The position numbers and the translations under genes were made by a program. A model generated the notes under the pieces. That model did no database searches and was not told where the DNA came from. It saw only the letters and a list, made by a program, of their open reading frames with translations. Shown in pieces: positions 28,462 through 38,011 of a stretch of DNA of 64,000 bases. Positions within the stretch are counted from its first letter, which is position 1, and each line of letters opens with the position of its first letter. This DNA comes from Candidatus Tayloriibacteriota bacterium (GTDB taxonomy: Bacteria; Patescibacteriota; Minisyncoccia; Phycocordibacterales; SIBU01), in assembly GCA_009695005.1 (NCBI GenBank), contig SIBU01000002.1, forward strand, positions 7,274 through 71,273, written 5' to 3'.

Positions 28462-28960
28462 AAAAAAGTCAAAAAAAGCTGTGTTCTTCGACCGCGATGG
28501 TGTGTTGAATAAGAAAGCATCTGAGCATGATTATGTTAAAAAACATGAAGAATTTTTTTGGATAAATGGCGTTAAGGAATTGATTAAGAAAATTAACGAC
28601 CTTGGTTTTTTGGTTGTTGTAATTAGTAATCAGCGAGGAATTGCTAGAGGATTAGTGACTTCCGGATTTGTAGATGAACTTCACGCCAGAATGAACAGGG
28701 ATCTGGAGGAAATAGATGCTCATATTGATGGTTTCTATTATTGTCCTCATGATCACGAAGATAAATGTTTGTGTCGCAAGCCTAAGTCTGGAATGTTCTT
28801 GACCGCAGCTAAAGAACTAGATATTAATCTTTCGGAAAGCTTTGCTGTTGGAGATAGTGTTACGGACACTGAGGCAGCTCTTCTTGTGGATTGTACTCCG
28901 ATATTCGTGTTGACTGACAAACTTGATACAAAACTCGTGATGGGCAGTATTTTAAAATAA
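28445..28960 (+). CDS. gmhB: D,D-heptose 1,7-bisphosphate phosphatase-like HAD IIIA phosphatase
   Basis: AVFFDRDGVLN (HAD motif I), VVVISNQRG, and CPHDHEDKCLCRKPKSGMF (GmhB Zn-loop plus CxCRKP motif). Confidence 0.65.
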   Translation: MKTSSEKKSKKAVFFDRDGVLNKKASEHDYVKKHEEFFWINGVKELIKKINDLGFLVVVISNQRGIARGLVTSGFVDELHARMNRDLEEIDAHIDGFYYCPHDHEDKCLCRKPKSGMFLTAAKELDINLSESFAVGDSVTDTEAALLVDCTPIFVLTDKLDTKLVMGSILK

Positions 28961-28963
28961 TCC

Positions 28964-29815
28964 TTATAATTTAATCCATTCTGGTAGGGAAGGATTATCG
29001 TTTTTGGCGTCTTTTTTCCATACTTGAGGGGTGCAGACAATTTTTCCCGGATTTTTATTGAGCCACGCACCCCACCAGCTCATGGTCGAATTGGCGATGA
29101 TGTTGTGTTTGCAAAGACTCATGAGAGTCAGTTCTTCGGTGTCCGAAATTTCAGGCGAAGAGATGAAAGTTAAAGGATAATTTTTCGAAAAATTATCCTT
29201 TACCCAGAGGATATCGTCTGATGATATGAAGAAGTGAGCGTTCACAGCATAGTCTAGAATTTTTACTATCGCTTTTTCATAGTAGGTAAGAGGGAGAACG
29301 CCGTGAGTGTCGGCAATTTTTTTTATTGAAACATAGTCGCCGCGTCGGATGTGGAGACTGGTGGCGTTTGGTTCGGTTTTTATCCTCTCCGCCATTTCTA
29401 GCGCTTTTACTCCGAGTGGCCGTTTGAGTTCAAAATCCTTTCGAATGGTATTTTCGTTATTTTTGAAATAATTTTCATTCTGCCAATGACCATCAAAGTA
29501 ACCGTCATTTATTTTAAGTATTTGCGCATCAAATGTCTCTGATTTTTCAAAAATATATTTTTTCTGTGTTTCAGGAAAAATTTTTCCTAAAATTTTGATT
29601 AAAGGTCTGCTGTACGATGCAATTTCAGATGCCTCCGACTCCTCTGTGGATATATTAAAATTGTCCAACTGAAAAATACGTCCGCTTTGGTTTGGTCCCC
29701 TAAGATATGAGGAATCAATTTTAAACGGTACTTTATGCAGTAAGGAGAGGTTTCTTCCTAGGGCATACTGAAACATTTGATTGCCAAGCCCGCCGTATAT
29801 TTTCACAATTATCAT
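28964..29815 (-). CDS. GT11 alpha-1,2-fucosyltransferase (FutC/WbsJ-like)
   Basis: MIIVKIYGGLGNQMFQYALG, SLHIRRGDYV and NSTMSWWGAWL are GT11 motifs I-III. ORF ATG at 29851; the internal ATG at 29815 gives the canonical GT11 N-terminus. Confidence 0.7.
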   Translation of the reverse strand: MIIVKIYGGLGNQMFQYALGRNLSLLHKVPFKIDSSYLRGPNQSGRIFQLDNFNISTEESEASEIASYSRPLIKILGKIFPETQKKYIFEKSETFDAQILKINDGYFDGHWQNENYFKNNENTIRKDFELKRPLGVKALEMAERIKTEPNATSLHIRRGDYVSIKKIADTHGVLPLTYYEKAIVKILDYAVNAHFFISSDDILWVKDNFSKNYPLTFISSPEISDTEELTLMSLCKHNIIANSTMSWWGAWLNKNPGKIVCTPQVWKKDAKNDNPSLPEWIKL

Positions 29816-30012
29816 GCTTTGTAGTATATAGCTTTCGGCAAATGTTTCCAATTAGTATTCGCCAATATTCAACTATTAATTTTATGAAAATGTTGCTATT
29901 GAGCAGTAGGTTGTTAACTTTTTGCAATAAATCTTTTCACGGTTTTGAGTTGTTTGTTGACAGCGTTGAAGGAGAAGTCGTCTTTAAATATTTAAAGTGA
30001 CAATCTTTTTAT

Positions 30013-31113
30013 TTATTTGAACTTAAACTTATTGATTATTTCAATCACACTTTCAATTTCCTTGTCAGTCAGCTCTGGAAATATCGGTAAGGAGATGATT
30101 TTCTCGGAATCGTTTTCAGTGTTGAGTAAGGATCCATTTTTGTAACCAAGAAATTCGTAGGCTTTTTGAAGATGGACAGGGAAGGGGTAATGAATGCCAA
30201 AACCTATACTGTTCTTTTTTAGATGATCAATGAAGGATTCTCGTTTTGAGATCTTTACAACGAATAGATGGAAAACGTGAAGATTTCCGTTTCGGATTTT
30301 AGGTAATTCAATCTCAGGATTGTCTATTTTCGAGAGATATTGGTGTGCAATGAAGGCGCGTCTTTCGTTGTTCGAATCAAGTGTTGGTAGTTTTGTTCTG
30401 AGAATAGCGGCTTGAATTTCGTCAAGTCTACTATTGAAGCCCTCTATATTTGCAAAATAGGTTTCTTGCATACCATACACTCTAAGTTGTCTGCAGGTAG
30501 TGGCGTATTCTTTCGAATTAGTAAGAATCATCCCTCCATCGCCGTAAGCGCCAAGGTTTTTTGTGGGATAGAAACTGAAACAAGAAAGATCACCAAAACT
30601 TCCAGCTTTTTTGTCTCCCGCTTTCGATCCAGTGGCTTGAGCACAGTCTTCAACCACTTTAAGGCTGTGTTTGTTGGCGATTTTCATTATCTCGACCATA
30701 TCAGCTGTTTGTCCGTAAAGGTGAACGGGTAACAAAACTTTTGCTTTTCTTGTGATTGCGGCTTCAATTTTTCTTACGTCCATTAAAAAATATTCATCCG
30801 TATCGACAAATACAGGTGTTGCTCCTAGCTCACGAATAGCACTGATTGTTGGGGTCGCTGTGTTTGAGACTGTGATTACTTCGTCTCCGGTTCCTACCCC
30901 CAGGGTCTTTAAGGCTATTTTTATAGCATCAGTTCCGGAGTTAACTCCTATTCCATGTGTGGTGCCGATATACGAGGAGAATTCCTTTTCAAACTTATTT
31001 ACTTCTTCATCAAGCACAAATTTACCAGAGTTTAAGACTCTTTTTATGGCAGCATTCGTTTCTGCTTCGGTTTTTTTTACCAATCGTGTTGCGTCAAAAA
31101 AAGGGATTATCAT
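30013..31113 (-). CDS. DegT/DnrJ/EryC1-family PLP sugar aminotransferase (FdtB/QdtB-like)
   Basis: [15 protein letters not shown] (Lys retained) and [12 protein letters not shown]. Adjacent to an FdtA-like isomerase. Confidence 0.7.
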   Translation of the reverse strand: MIIPFFDATRLVKKTEAETNAAIKRVLNSGKFVLDEEVNKFEKEFSSYIGTTHGIGVNSGTDAIKIALKTLGVGTGDEVITVSNTATPTISAIRELGATPVFVDTDEYFLMDVRKIEAAITRKAKVLLPVHLYGQTADMVEIMKIANKHSLKVVEDCAQATGSKAGDKKAGSFGDLSCFSFYPTKNLGAYGDGGMILTNSKEYATTCRQLRVYGMQETYFANIEGFNSRLDEIQAAILRTKLPTLDSNNERRAFIAHQYLSKIDNPEIELPKIRNGNLHVFHLFVVKISKRESFIDHLKKNSIGFGIHYPFPVHLQKAYEFLGYKNGSLLNTENDSEKIISLPIFPELTDKEIESVIEIINKFKFK

Positions 31114-31526
31114 TTTTGTATTAGCTTTTTAAACTCCTCGTAATCACGAATATAGTCTTTTTCGTCATAGACTGTGTCGGCGAGGACGAGCAATATCGTA
31201 TTTTTTTTGAAATTTTTCATCTTGTGCCACAAATATGGTTCAAGAAGCAATCCTTCACTGAGTTTAGAAAGTGTAATTGTTAATTTCTCCTTTCCACTAT
31301 CTAATTCTACGTCGCATTCTCCTGTGATTACGATAAGAACTTGTCTCATTTTGTGGTGGGTATGGTCACCTCGCACATCACTTTCCTTCATGCCTTGAGT
31401 AATAAGAGTTTTTTTTACAACAAATGGAATTTCATTATCTTTCGGTCCGAATTGAATAGGTGTAAGTGTGCCGGTACTATTACTAAATGATGAAAAATTT
31501 ATTATTTTGTATAAAGTGTTTATCAC
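31110..31526 (-). CDS. NDP-4-keto-6-deoxyhexose 3,4-ketoisomerase, FdtA/QdtA-like cupin
   Basis: [11 protein letters not shown]...FVVKKT...VRGDHTHHK...[17 protein letters not shown] matches the FdtA pattern (tlTPIeF..RG.HAHK..Qvl...G). GTG start at 31526 is needed to keep the N-terminus. Confidence 0.5.
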   Translation of the reverse strand: MINTLYKIINFSSFSNSTGTLTPIQFGPKDNEIPFVVKKTLITQGMKESDVRGDHTHHKMRQVLIVITGECDVELDSGKEKLTITLSKLSEGLLLEPYLWHKMKNFKKNTILLVLADTVYDEKDYIRDYEEFKKLIQK

Positions 31527-31533
31527 GGTAGGG

Positions 31534-32475
31534 TTATTTATTTTTATAATTAAGAAGTTTTAAATATTCTGGCAAGTATTTTTCCAGAGAGGTTTTTGGT
31601 TTCCAACCGAGTTTTCTAGATTTGGATGAGTCGACTGAGTATCGAATATCTTGTCCAAGTCGGTTCTCGACGAATTCGTAAAGGTTTTCTGGTTTACCCA
31701 TGGCTTTCAGTACCATTTTCACAATTTCCAGGTTGGTAAACATTTCTCCAGAAGAAATATTATAAATTTCACCATTCAAACCCTTCTCCATCATAAGAAA
31801 AATTCCCTCACAGTTGTCCCCTGCGTATGTCCATTCACGTAGGTACGATCCGTCTCCGTGTACCGTCATTTTCTCGTTTTTTGTGGCCAGATTTACTGTT
31901 TTGGAGATAAGTTTTTCTGGGTATTGCCCATGGCCATAATTATTGCTTGATCGACAAATTTTAGCCTTTAATCCATAAGTTTTTACCCAGCCGGAAATGA
32001 GCATTTCTGCCGCAGCCTTGGCTGCTGAGTAAGGATTTTCAGGGTGAAGTTGGTCGTTTTCTTTGGCCGAAAATCCTTCTTGTATTTCGCCGTATACCTC
32101 GTCTGTGGAGATGTGAATGAGTGTCGGCCGGTCATTTGGATCCTTGGATCGTATTAGCTCTAGCAAATTGTAGACTCCTCGAATATTACTTTCAAAAAAT
32201 AGACCGTTTGATGTAATTGCATTGTCTACATGTGATTCGGCAGCGAAATTTACAAGATAATCAGCATTTTGAGGTAAATATCGTAAGGTGGCTATATCTT
32301 CACGAATAAGTTCGTATTCTGGATGAGCATCAAAATTGAGATCGTGCCTGGCAGCATAAGTCATTTTGTCGATATTGATGACGTGGTAGCCGTTCTTCAA
32401 AAGCAAATCAACAAAGTAGCTTCCAATGAAGCCCAATCCTCCTGTCACTATTACTCTTCTTTTGATTTCTGCCAT
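31534..32475 (-). CDS. rmlB: dTDP-glucose 4,6-dehydratase (second copy)
   Basis: VIVTGGLGFIGSYF, NFAAESHVDNAI, STDEVYG and YSAAKAAAE. Confidence 0.7.
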   Translation of the reverse strand: MAEIKRRVIVTGGLGFIGSYFVDLLLKNGYHVINIDKMTYAARHDLNFDAHPEYELIREDIATLRYLPQNADYLVNFAAESHVDNAITSNGLFFESNIRGVYNLLELIRSKDPNDRPTLIHISTDEVYGEIQEGFSAKENDQLHPENPYSAAKAAAEMLISGWVKTYGLKAKICRSSNNYGHGQYPEKLISKTVNLATKNEKMTVHGDGSYLREWTYAGDNCEGIFLMMEKGLNGEIYNISSGEMFTNLEIVKMVLKAMGKPENLYEFVENRLGQDIRYSVDSSKSRKLGWKPKTSLEKYLPEYLKLLNYKNK

Positions 32476-32479
32476 ATTT

Positions 32480-33499
32480 TTATGATTGTATCATTTTAAT
32501 AATCGGTGACAAAAGCTTCTTGGTTGCGCGTCGTGATGGATAGTGGAATGTATTGTGCCAGAATTCCCTGAGACTTTTTTTGAGGGGTGGCCGGGGAGTG
32601 AGGCCGTGCGACCATTGTGGGTCTACGTGTCGGATTTGGTCTAAAATCCGGTAGAGTGTCTTTGCGTAGGGTCTATAGATGAGGTCTTTGGCAGGGGACG
32701 TTTTGGTGTATTTGTGAAAGATGTCGGGACCATAGGGCAAAAGTGGAGTGGGAGGATAGAGCACGAATCCCGAGTAGTGAAAAAATATGAGCGGTGTGTC
32801 CCCGATGTAGACAACACCATTTTTCTTTGTAACCTCTTTGCCTTCCATGTTCCATGTTGCAACATTTGCGCCTTCATTTTGAAGTGGGTGAACACCCATG
32901 AACTTTTCTTCAAAAAAATCCAGATATTTTTGGTCGCCATAACGATTTGGTTCAATCCTGTCGAAGCACCATTCAAGACATCGGTCTTGCCACCAATGTA
33001 AACATGCGAGGCCGTTCTCGTCTTTTCTGAAAATTGGCAAACTGACGTTATATTTCCCAACCTCCTTTTCTTTGTCTTTTCTGGTCCAGAATAATCGGTG
33101 TGGAATTATAAGAATTGAATGATTTTCAAATTCTTTGTAAATGGTTTCTGGTGACGAGAAAAAATAAGTGTCAGCGTCGAGGTACGCTATCGATTCTATA
33201 TCGTTGCGTTCCATGACATACAGAGTAAGTACTGAAGATAATGTCCAGCAATACTCACGGTTGTTTCGGGTTTTTTTTGCATTTAACACAGCCTCGGTTT
33301 CGATATCTTGAAGTGAAAGAAGTAGAACATTTTCTAGATTTAATTTTTCAAGTGTGGTGCGAGTTTCTGTATCCATACATAAAATCCAAAGTGTAAAGTT
33401 TTCAGCATGTTTAACAAGCGATTCGTGAAGAGCCACGCCTTTTAGTAAGAAACCTTTGTCAAAAAGAGTGCAGAAGTGGTAAGGGCTTTTCTGGGTCAT
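32480..33499 (-). CDS. Putative GT-A-like glycosyltransferase (DxD: YLDADTYF)
   Basis: Soluble 339-aa protein with a DAD motif. Sits within a glycan operon. No confident family. Confidence 0.3.
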   Translation of the reverse strand: MTQKSPYHFCTLFDKGFLLKGVALHESLVKHAENFTLWILCMDTETRTTLEKLNLENVLLLSLQDIETEAVLNAKKTRNNREYCWTLSSVLTLYVMERNDIESIAYLDADTYFFSSPETIYKEFENHSILIIPHRLFWTRKDKEKEVGKYNVSLPIFRKDENGLACLHWWQDRCLEWCFDRIEPNRYGDQKYLDFFEEKFMGVHPLQNEGANVATWNMEGKEVTKKNGVVYIGDTPLIFFHYSGFVLYPPTPLLPYGPDIFHKYTKTSPAKDLIYRPYAKTLYRILDQIRHVDPQWSHGLTPRPPLKKSLREFWHNTFHYPSRRATKKLLSPIIKMIQS

Positions 33500-34452
33500 A
33501 AAATTTTTTTTACTGTATTTTTTAGCATTCTGATTATTTTTGCTCCTTTGTTTGTTCTTCGGTTGTATAATTCTATTTTGGTAGTAATTATTTTTGTCTC
33601 ATCTATAAGGTCCTTAAAAATAGGATCGTTAAATTTTTTGTCACCATTTGAAGCGATTTCAAAAGCAAATCCATATTGTTTTTTGATAGTGGCAAATACC
33701 CAAAGTAATAAATACTCTCTAGTACCGAAAGATTCCATGTTTCCTTTGTTTATGTAAGATATCTCTGTCCATCCTGGTGATTCGATAGTTGATGATCGAA
33801 GACTATTTCCCAGTTTAGTGTTGAATTTTTCGTAACCTAGGGGCATTTTTCTTGCACCAATAACTCTCATTGTGCTCATCCAGAAATCCATTTTTTCCAT
33901 AAATTGCATCACCTCCCAGGCCTTATCCTCATTTTCGTAAGCTTCAATAATTCCAGGTTCAAAGTCCGCGACAAGAGTTCCCTCCATTATGTCTTTTCCC
34001 AGACTTTTAAAAATTTTAAGGTCGGTTCCTTGAGAATCAGTTTTGAACCAATCGATTCTTGAAATGTTTTTTGAAATAATAACTCTTTTTAAATTTTCTG
34101 TTTTGAGTTTTACTTCATTTTCGACTTTAAATAATGGAGCAATTGTCCATCTAGAATCAATTTTTGGTTTAAGTGTGCTTGAACAAAACGGGGAAGCGGT
34201 TAGGTAAAAATTACTGACATCATTTTCCGATTCAGTAACTATAGAATTGTTAATGTAAAGTTCGCGGTAAGGCGAGGTTCCTTCCTTTAGGTGCTTCATT
34301 TCTCGTATGTCAGGGTCAAAGGCGATACAGATTGCGTATTTGGCGATCTCTTTCCAATGAGAATAAAGATCGCCCGAAGCGCCAATGTCTACAAGTACTG
34401 GTGGACGGTCCACTAAAGTGGTGTGGTTGAAAATTTTTTCAAAAATTTTCAT
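33496..34452 (-). CDS. FkbM-family SAM methyltransferase
   Basis: VLVDIGASGDLYS and FKTDSQGTDLKIFKSLG (compare FkbM iKiDvEGaE..vL.G). Confidence 0.45.
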   Translation of the reverse strand: MKIFEKIFNHTTLVDRPPVLVDIGASGDLYSHWKEIAKYAICIAFDPDIREMKHLKEGTSPYRELYINNSIVTESENDVSNFYLTASPFCSSTLKPKIDSRWTIAPLFKVENEVKLKTENLKRVIISKNISRIDWFKTDSQGTDLKIFKSLGKDIMEGTLVADFEPGIIEAYENEDKAWEVMQFMEKMDFWMSTMRVIGARKMPLGYEKFNTKLGNSLRSSTIESPGWTEISYINKGNMESFGTREYLLLWVFATIKKQYGFAFEIASNGDKKFNDPIFKDLIDETKIITTKIELYNRRTNKGAKIIRMLKNTVKKIL

Positions 34453-35273
34453 TTTCTTTTAAAAATAAAGCCTCTATCGTTCGCAACAGTATCGTTTAGT
34501 TGGATGGTTCCAGCTAGGGCGTCCCATTCCGCAATATATTCATATTTGTCGGCTAGGAATTTAATAAATTTTTCCTTGTTGAAAAACCAAGCCGGATAGC
34601 TTGAGTCGTATATTTTTGGAGCTACTTTTTGGATAGTTATTCTATCTGGGCCATTTGGAATAAACGAAATTCTATCAAAAATAATATATTTAAAATTTAA
34701 AGCGATAGTCTTCTCTAAAATTTCGTATGGTTTTTCAATGTACTGAAGTACGCTAGAGAAGAGAGCTGTATTTGGTGAGGTTTCTTTGAAACATCCCTCT
34801 GTAGATTCAAAGAATTTGAGAGTGTTATCCTCAAATTCTTTCTTACCGGTTCTTACGAAATTCTGTTGTTCTACTATACTCCATTGGATTTTCGATAGAT
34901 GGGCAAGCATTTTTTTATTTTGAAAATAAGAACTTCCCAATGATCCGCCGAAATCCATTAGGTTCAGTTGGTTTCCCTCTTGCGAGCTAATCCAAAGAAG
35001 GCTGGCCAGCAATGGCCACGAATATTCGGGAGTTGCAAAAGTTACAGAGTCACGTTCGAAGGCCACTTCTCCTAGTTTGGCCTTTGTGGCACCAATTCTC
35101 ACCTTTTCTAGAACCGTGCTTGTGTCATAGCCAGTGGAATTTTTCTGAGCCTCTTTCCATGTAGGAAAATTCCCAAAAAAACCGAAAGATGATTGACCAT
35201 TAAGTTTTTTAATAGTCCGAGTAATTGCTGGCGGTAGCCAATTCTTTGCTATCTTTCGTATTTTATTTTTCAT
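34449..35273 (-). CDS. Putative class I SAM methyltransferase
   Basis: LMDFGGSLGSSYF (DxGGxxG motif I-like) and an N-terminal WLPP segment. Confidence 0.35.
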   Translation of the reverse strand: MKNKIRKIAKNWLPPAITRTIKKLNGQSSFGFFGNFPTWKEAQKNSTGYDTSTVLEKVRIGATKAKLGEVAFERDSVTFATPEYSWPLLASLLWISSQEGNQLNLMDFGGSLGSSYFQNKKMLAHLSKIQWSIVEQQNFVRTGKKEFEDNTLKFFESTEGCFKETSPNTALFSSVLQYIEKPYEILEKTIALNFKYIIFDRISFIPNGPDRITIQKVAPKIYDSSYPAWFFNKEKFIKFLADKYEYIAEWDALAGTIQLNDTVANDRGFIFKRK

Positions 35274-36102
35274 TATTTTTTGTGATACCTAAGATGTCAT
35301 CTAAGTTTTTTCTAGGAAAGAGATCTAGAAGTCCTCCATCCGTGGCGTTCGTTATGGAAATGTGCTCTTTTTTTGCAAAACTTCTGATTGAACGGTATTT
35401 GTCCCATAAACTGGCGTAGGATGCGCATTCCGTTCCAAAATCGCTTTCAGACCACTCGTTGTATCCTTTTTGACTCAAGACACTTTCTTTCTCTTCGAAA
35501 AAATGTCTGCTTTCTCCAACGTGCAGAATCCAATCATGGTCAACACCTAAAAGATTAATTTCTTTAACTCCAAGATATATCGCTAAATAGATGGCGACAT
35601 GAGGGACGGTTTGTATTTCCGGAAGATCCTTTGTGAAATCAATTTTCTTGTCAATTGGTTTGATCCCAAGGTAATAATAATAAACATTTTGTTTCTTAAA
35701 GACTTGATATCTCTCGACAATATGTTTGTCAGACAATGAGATCATAACATTCTGATTTTCAGGAAAGTGTTTCTCTGCGTCTTTAAACATTTCCCCAAAT
35801 TGGTCCTCTGTAATTGGTGGATGAGAGGGGGTGAAAACATGGAAGAATGGTTTGATGATTTTAAAGTCAGGATGAACAAAGAAATTACTGACGCTTATTG
35901 AAATCTCACCAGAAAGTTTTGAAAGATCTTGTCTTTTGATCGACGGACCTGTTGCCAGCACAAAACAGCGCCTGTTCGAAAAAACATTTTTAAGTCCAAT
36001 ATTTTTTTGAAGGAGTTTTCCGTCTCTCATTCTTAAATATATACTGTATATGTTAACCAATTTCCTACCTAAAATTGGTATTTTTTTAATTCTTTCCTTC
36101 AT
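35263..36102 (-). CDS. DUF115/MptE-like protein (motility-accessory-factor-like; putative nonulosonic-acid transferase)
   Basis: CFVLATGPSIKRQDLSKL (the G.GPSL motif of DUF115). Directly downstream of the NeuB-like gene. ORF ATG at 36198 overlaps the NeuB gene by 95 bp; the internal ATG at 36102 (MKERIKK) leaves a 1-bp gap. Either is possible. Confidence 0.4.
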   Translation of the reverse strand: MKERIKKIPILGRKLVNIYSIYLRMRDGKLLQKNIGLKNVFSNRRCFVLATGPSIKRQDLSKLSGEISISVSNFFVHPDFKIIKPFFHVFTPSHPPITEDQFGEMFKDAEKHFPENQNVMISLSDKHIVERYQVFKKQNVYYYYLGIKPIDKKIDFTKDLPEIQTVPHVAIYLAIYLGVKEINLLGVDHDWILHVGESRHFFEEKESVLSQKGYNEWSESDFGTECASYASLWDKYRSIRSFAKKEHISITNATDGGLLDLFPRKNLDDILGITKNNEK

Positions 36103-36103
36103 T

Positions 36104-38011
36104 TTAAAAATTGTGTTTTTGTAAACGTTTAAGTGCAGTGATGAATCCTTCGCCGTGATCACGATGACCCATCCAGATTTCCGGTGAAATGGTGACATCG
36201 ACTTTTAAAATTTCGGGCATGAGGATGTTCCATGGAACATCACCTTCACCCACCTGAAGACCTTCTCCGTCGGTACCGGCTCCATCTGATAGATGAATAT
36301 GTTTTATCAAAGGCTTCAATGTTTCAAAATATTTAATTGGATCTTTTTTCGCAAGTGTACAGTAAAGCTGGGCATGGCTACTGTCGTAACAGAGATTAAA
36401 ATTATGTTTCTTAGCGAACTCATATATTTCATCAGCATCGGTGAAAGTGTTTGAAAACCATGAACCTCCTTTGTACCACGGTAGAGGGGCTTGATTTTCC
36501 AGCAATAATTCAATGTCCGTTCGATCTATTTTTTCTAGGGCTTTGCCGAGACGAGTATACATTTTCGCACGTTCGTCTTTGGAAACAAAATCATCATAAC
36601 TCATGCCACCTGGATGAAGAACCACCTTGGCCTTTGTGGGGGTTTTTCCAAAATATTTTCTTATGGATCGAACAGTGTTTAGTAGGTCGTTGATGTTCTT
36701 GATGGAAGCATTCACAACAGAAGAGTCTGTGGAAGAAAAATCTAGAAGTTGGTCACCCCAAAGTTCAGGCGCGTGCACGATGAGTTCAAGTTCTGGATGG
36801 TTTTTGAAAGCCATCTGATTTTTTAGGTCGTGAGAACTGAAATGAAATTCAACAAATGAAGGTTTGAGTCCCGCAATCATTTCCTCGAAATCATGAGGTC
36901 GGACAATGAGCCCCCATTTTCTGCTAGATGAGAAATTGCGATTCAGCCTTTTTTTACCGAGGTCTTCTTCTGTAAAATAGTCATCCATTGGTATGTCGCG
37001 TTCGGCCTTTAAGCCAATCAATTTGTAAAGTTTCTGAGGAGAAAGGCCTTTGGCGGGACTTTTAGAAATAATCATTTCGCGTGTCAAAATTTCTCCTTTT
37101 TTTATTGGAACTTTAGCCACCAAACTTTTTCCTAGAATTTTTCTGTTGATAAGTTCTCCTGCTGTGATAAATTTTTTGTCACTTCTAAGCGCTTCTTCTA
37201 TTGCTCGTATATCTCTGACAAGTTTTTTTATACCAGTTGGTTCAAGTGAAATAGCATGGTCAGGTCCAGTCATGGTTCTGTCCAAAGTGATATGTCTTTC
37301 GATAACTTTGGCACCGAGCGGAATGGCCGCAGAACTTATGGCTATGCCATGTTCGTGGCCAGAGTAGCCAACCGGAACATTGAATTTTTCTTGAAGTGTT
37401 TTTATGAATCGTAAGTTTACGTCCTTCGGGGCAGTAGGGTAGGTGCTGTTGCAGTGAAGAAGAATGTATTCTGCATTAAGCTTGTTTAGAAAATCCACAG
37501 TGTCGCCGATTTCTTCCAAAGAGGACATTCCGGTGGAAACTATCATGGGCTTTTTCTTTGAAGCTATGTATTCAAGAAGTTCAAAATTTACCATGTCAGC
37601 AGAGGCGACTTTGTAGGCGGGCACATTTAGTTTTTCCAATGCGTTAACACTTGGAATATCCCAAGGTGTACACAAAAACATGATACCTTGATCTTTTGCG
37701 TACTTTGCAAGTTCTTTGAAATTTTCATGTGACAGTTCCGATTCTCGGATGAGAGACAAGATGTATTGAGTTGCGATATCTTCATTTTTTGTATTGTTCC
37801 ATGCCTTGTCGGTATAGAGGGTTTTGAAATCTCGCATTTGAAATTTCACGGCGTCGGCCTTGGCCTCAACAGCAACGTCGACAAGTTTTTTTGCCAGTTC
37901 TATTCTGCCGTTGTGGTTGATTCCGGCTTCGGCAATTATGAAAGTTGGCTGGTCTTCTCCGACCAATCTTTCGCCAATTTTAACTGTCTTTTTGTTGTTT
38001 GGTTTTTTCAT
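36104..38011 (-). CDS. Nonulosonic/sialic-acid synthase (NeuB/PseI/LegI family) + SAF domain fused to C-terminal xylose-isomerase-like TIM barrel
   Basis: N-terminus IIAEAGINHNGRIELAKKLVDVAVEAKADAVKFQ (NeuB). SAF region (KVPIKKGEILTREMI). The C-terminal ~270 aa carry HAPE...VLHPGG...LENQ...HLSDG, reminiscent of AP-endonuclease-2/xylose-isomerase-like barrels. Total 635 aa. Confidence 0.6.
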   Translation of the reverse strand: MKKPNNKKTVKIGERLVGEDQPTFIIAEAGINHNGRIELAKKLVDVAVEAKADAVKFQMRDFKTLYTDKAWNNTKNEDIATQYILSLIRESELSHENFKELAKYAKDQGIMFLCTPWDIPSVNALEKLNVPAYKVASADMVNFELLEYIASKKKPMIVSTGMSSLEEIGDTVDFLNKLNAEYILLHCNSTYPTAPKDVNLRFIKTLQEKFNVPVGYSGHEHGIAISSAAIPLGAKVIERHITLDRTMTGPDHAISLEPTGIKKLVRDIRAIEEALRSDKKFITAGELINRKILGKSLVAKVPIKKGEILTREMIISKSPAKGLSPQKLYKLIGLKAERDIPMDDYFTEEDLGKKRLNRNFSSSRKWGLIVRPHDFEEMIAGLKPSFVEFHFSSHDLKNQMAFKNHPELELIVHAPELWGDQLLDFSSTDSSVVNASIKNINDLLNTVRSIRKYFGKTPTKAKVVLHPGGMSYDDFVSKDERAKMYTRLGKALEKIDRTDIELLLENQAPLPWYKGGSWFSNTFTDADEIYEFAKKHNFNLCYDSSHAQLYCTLAKKDPIKYFETLKPLIKHIHLSDGAGTDGEGLQVGEGDVPWNILMPEILKVDVTISPEIWMGHRDHGEGFITALKRLQKHNF

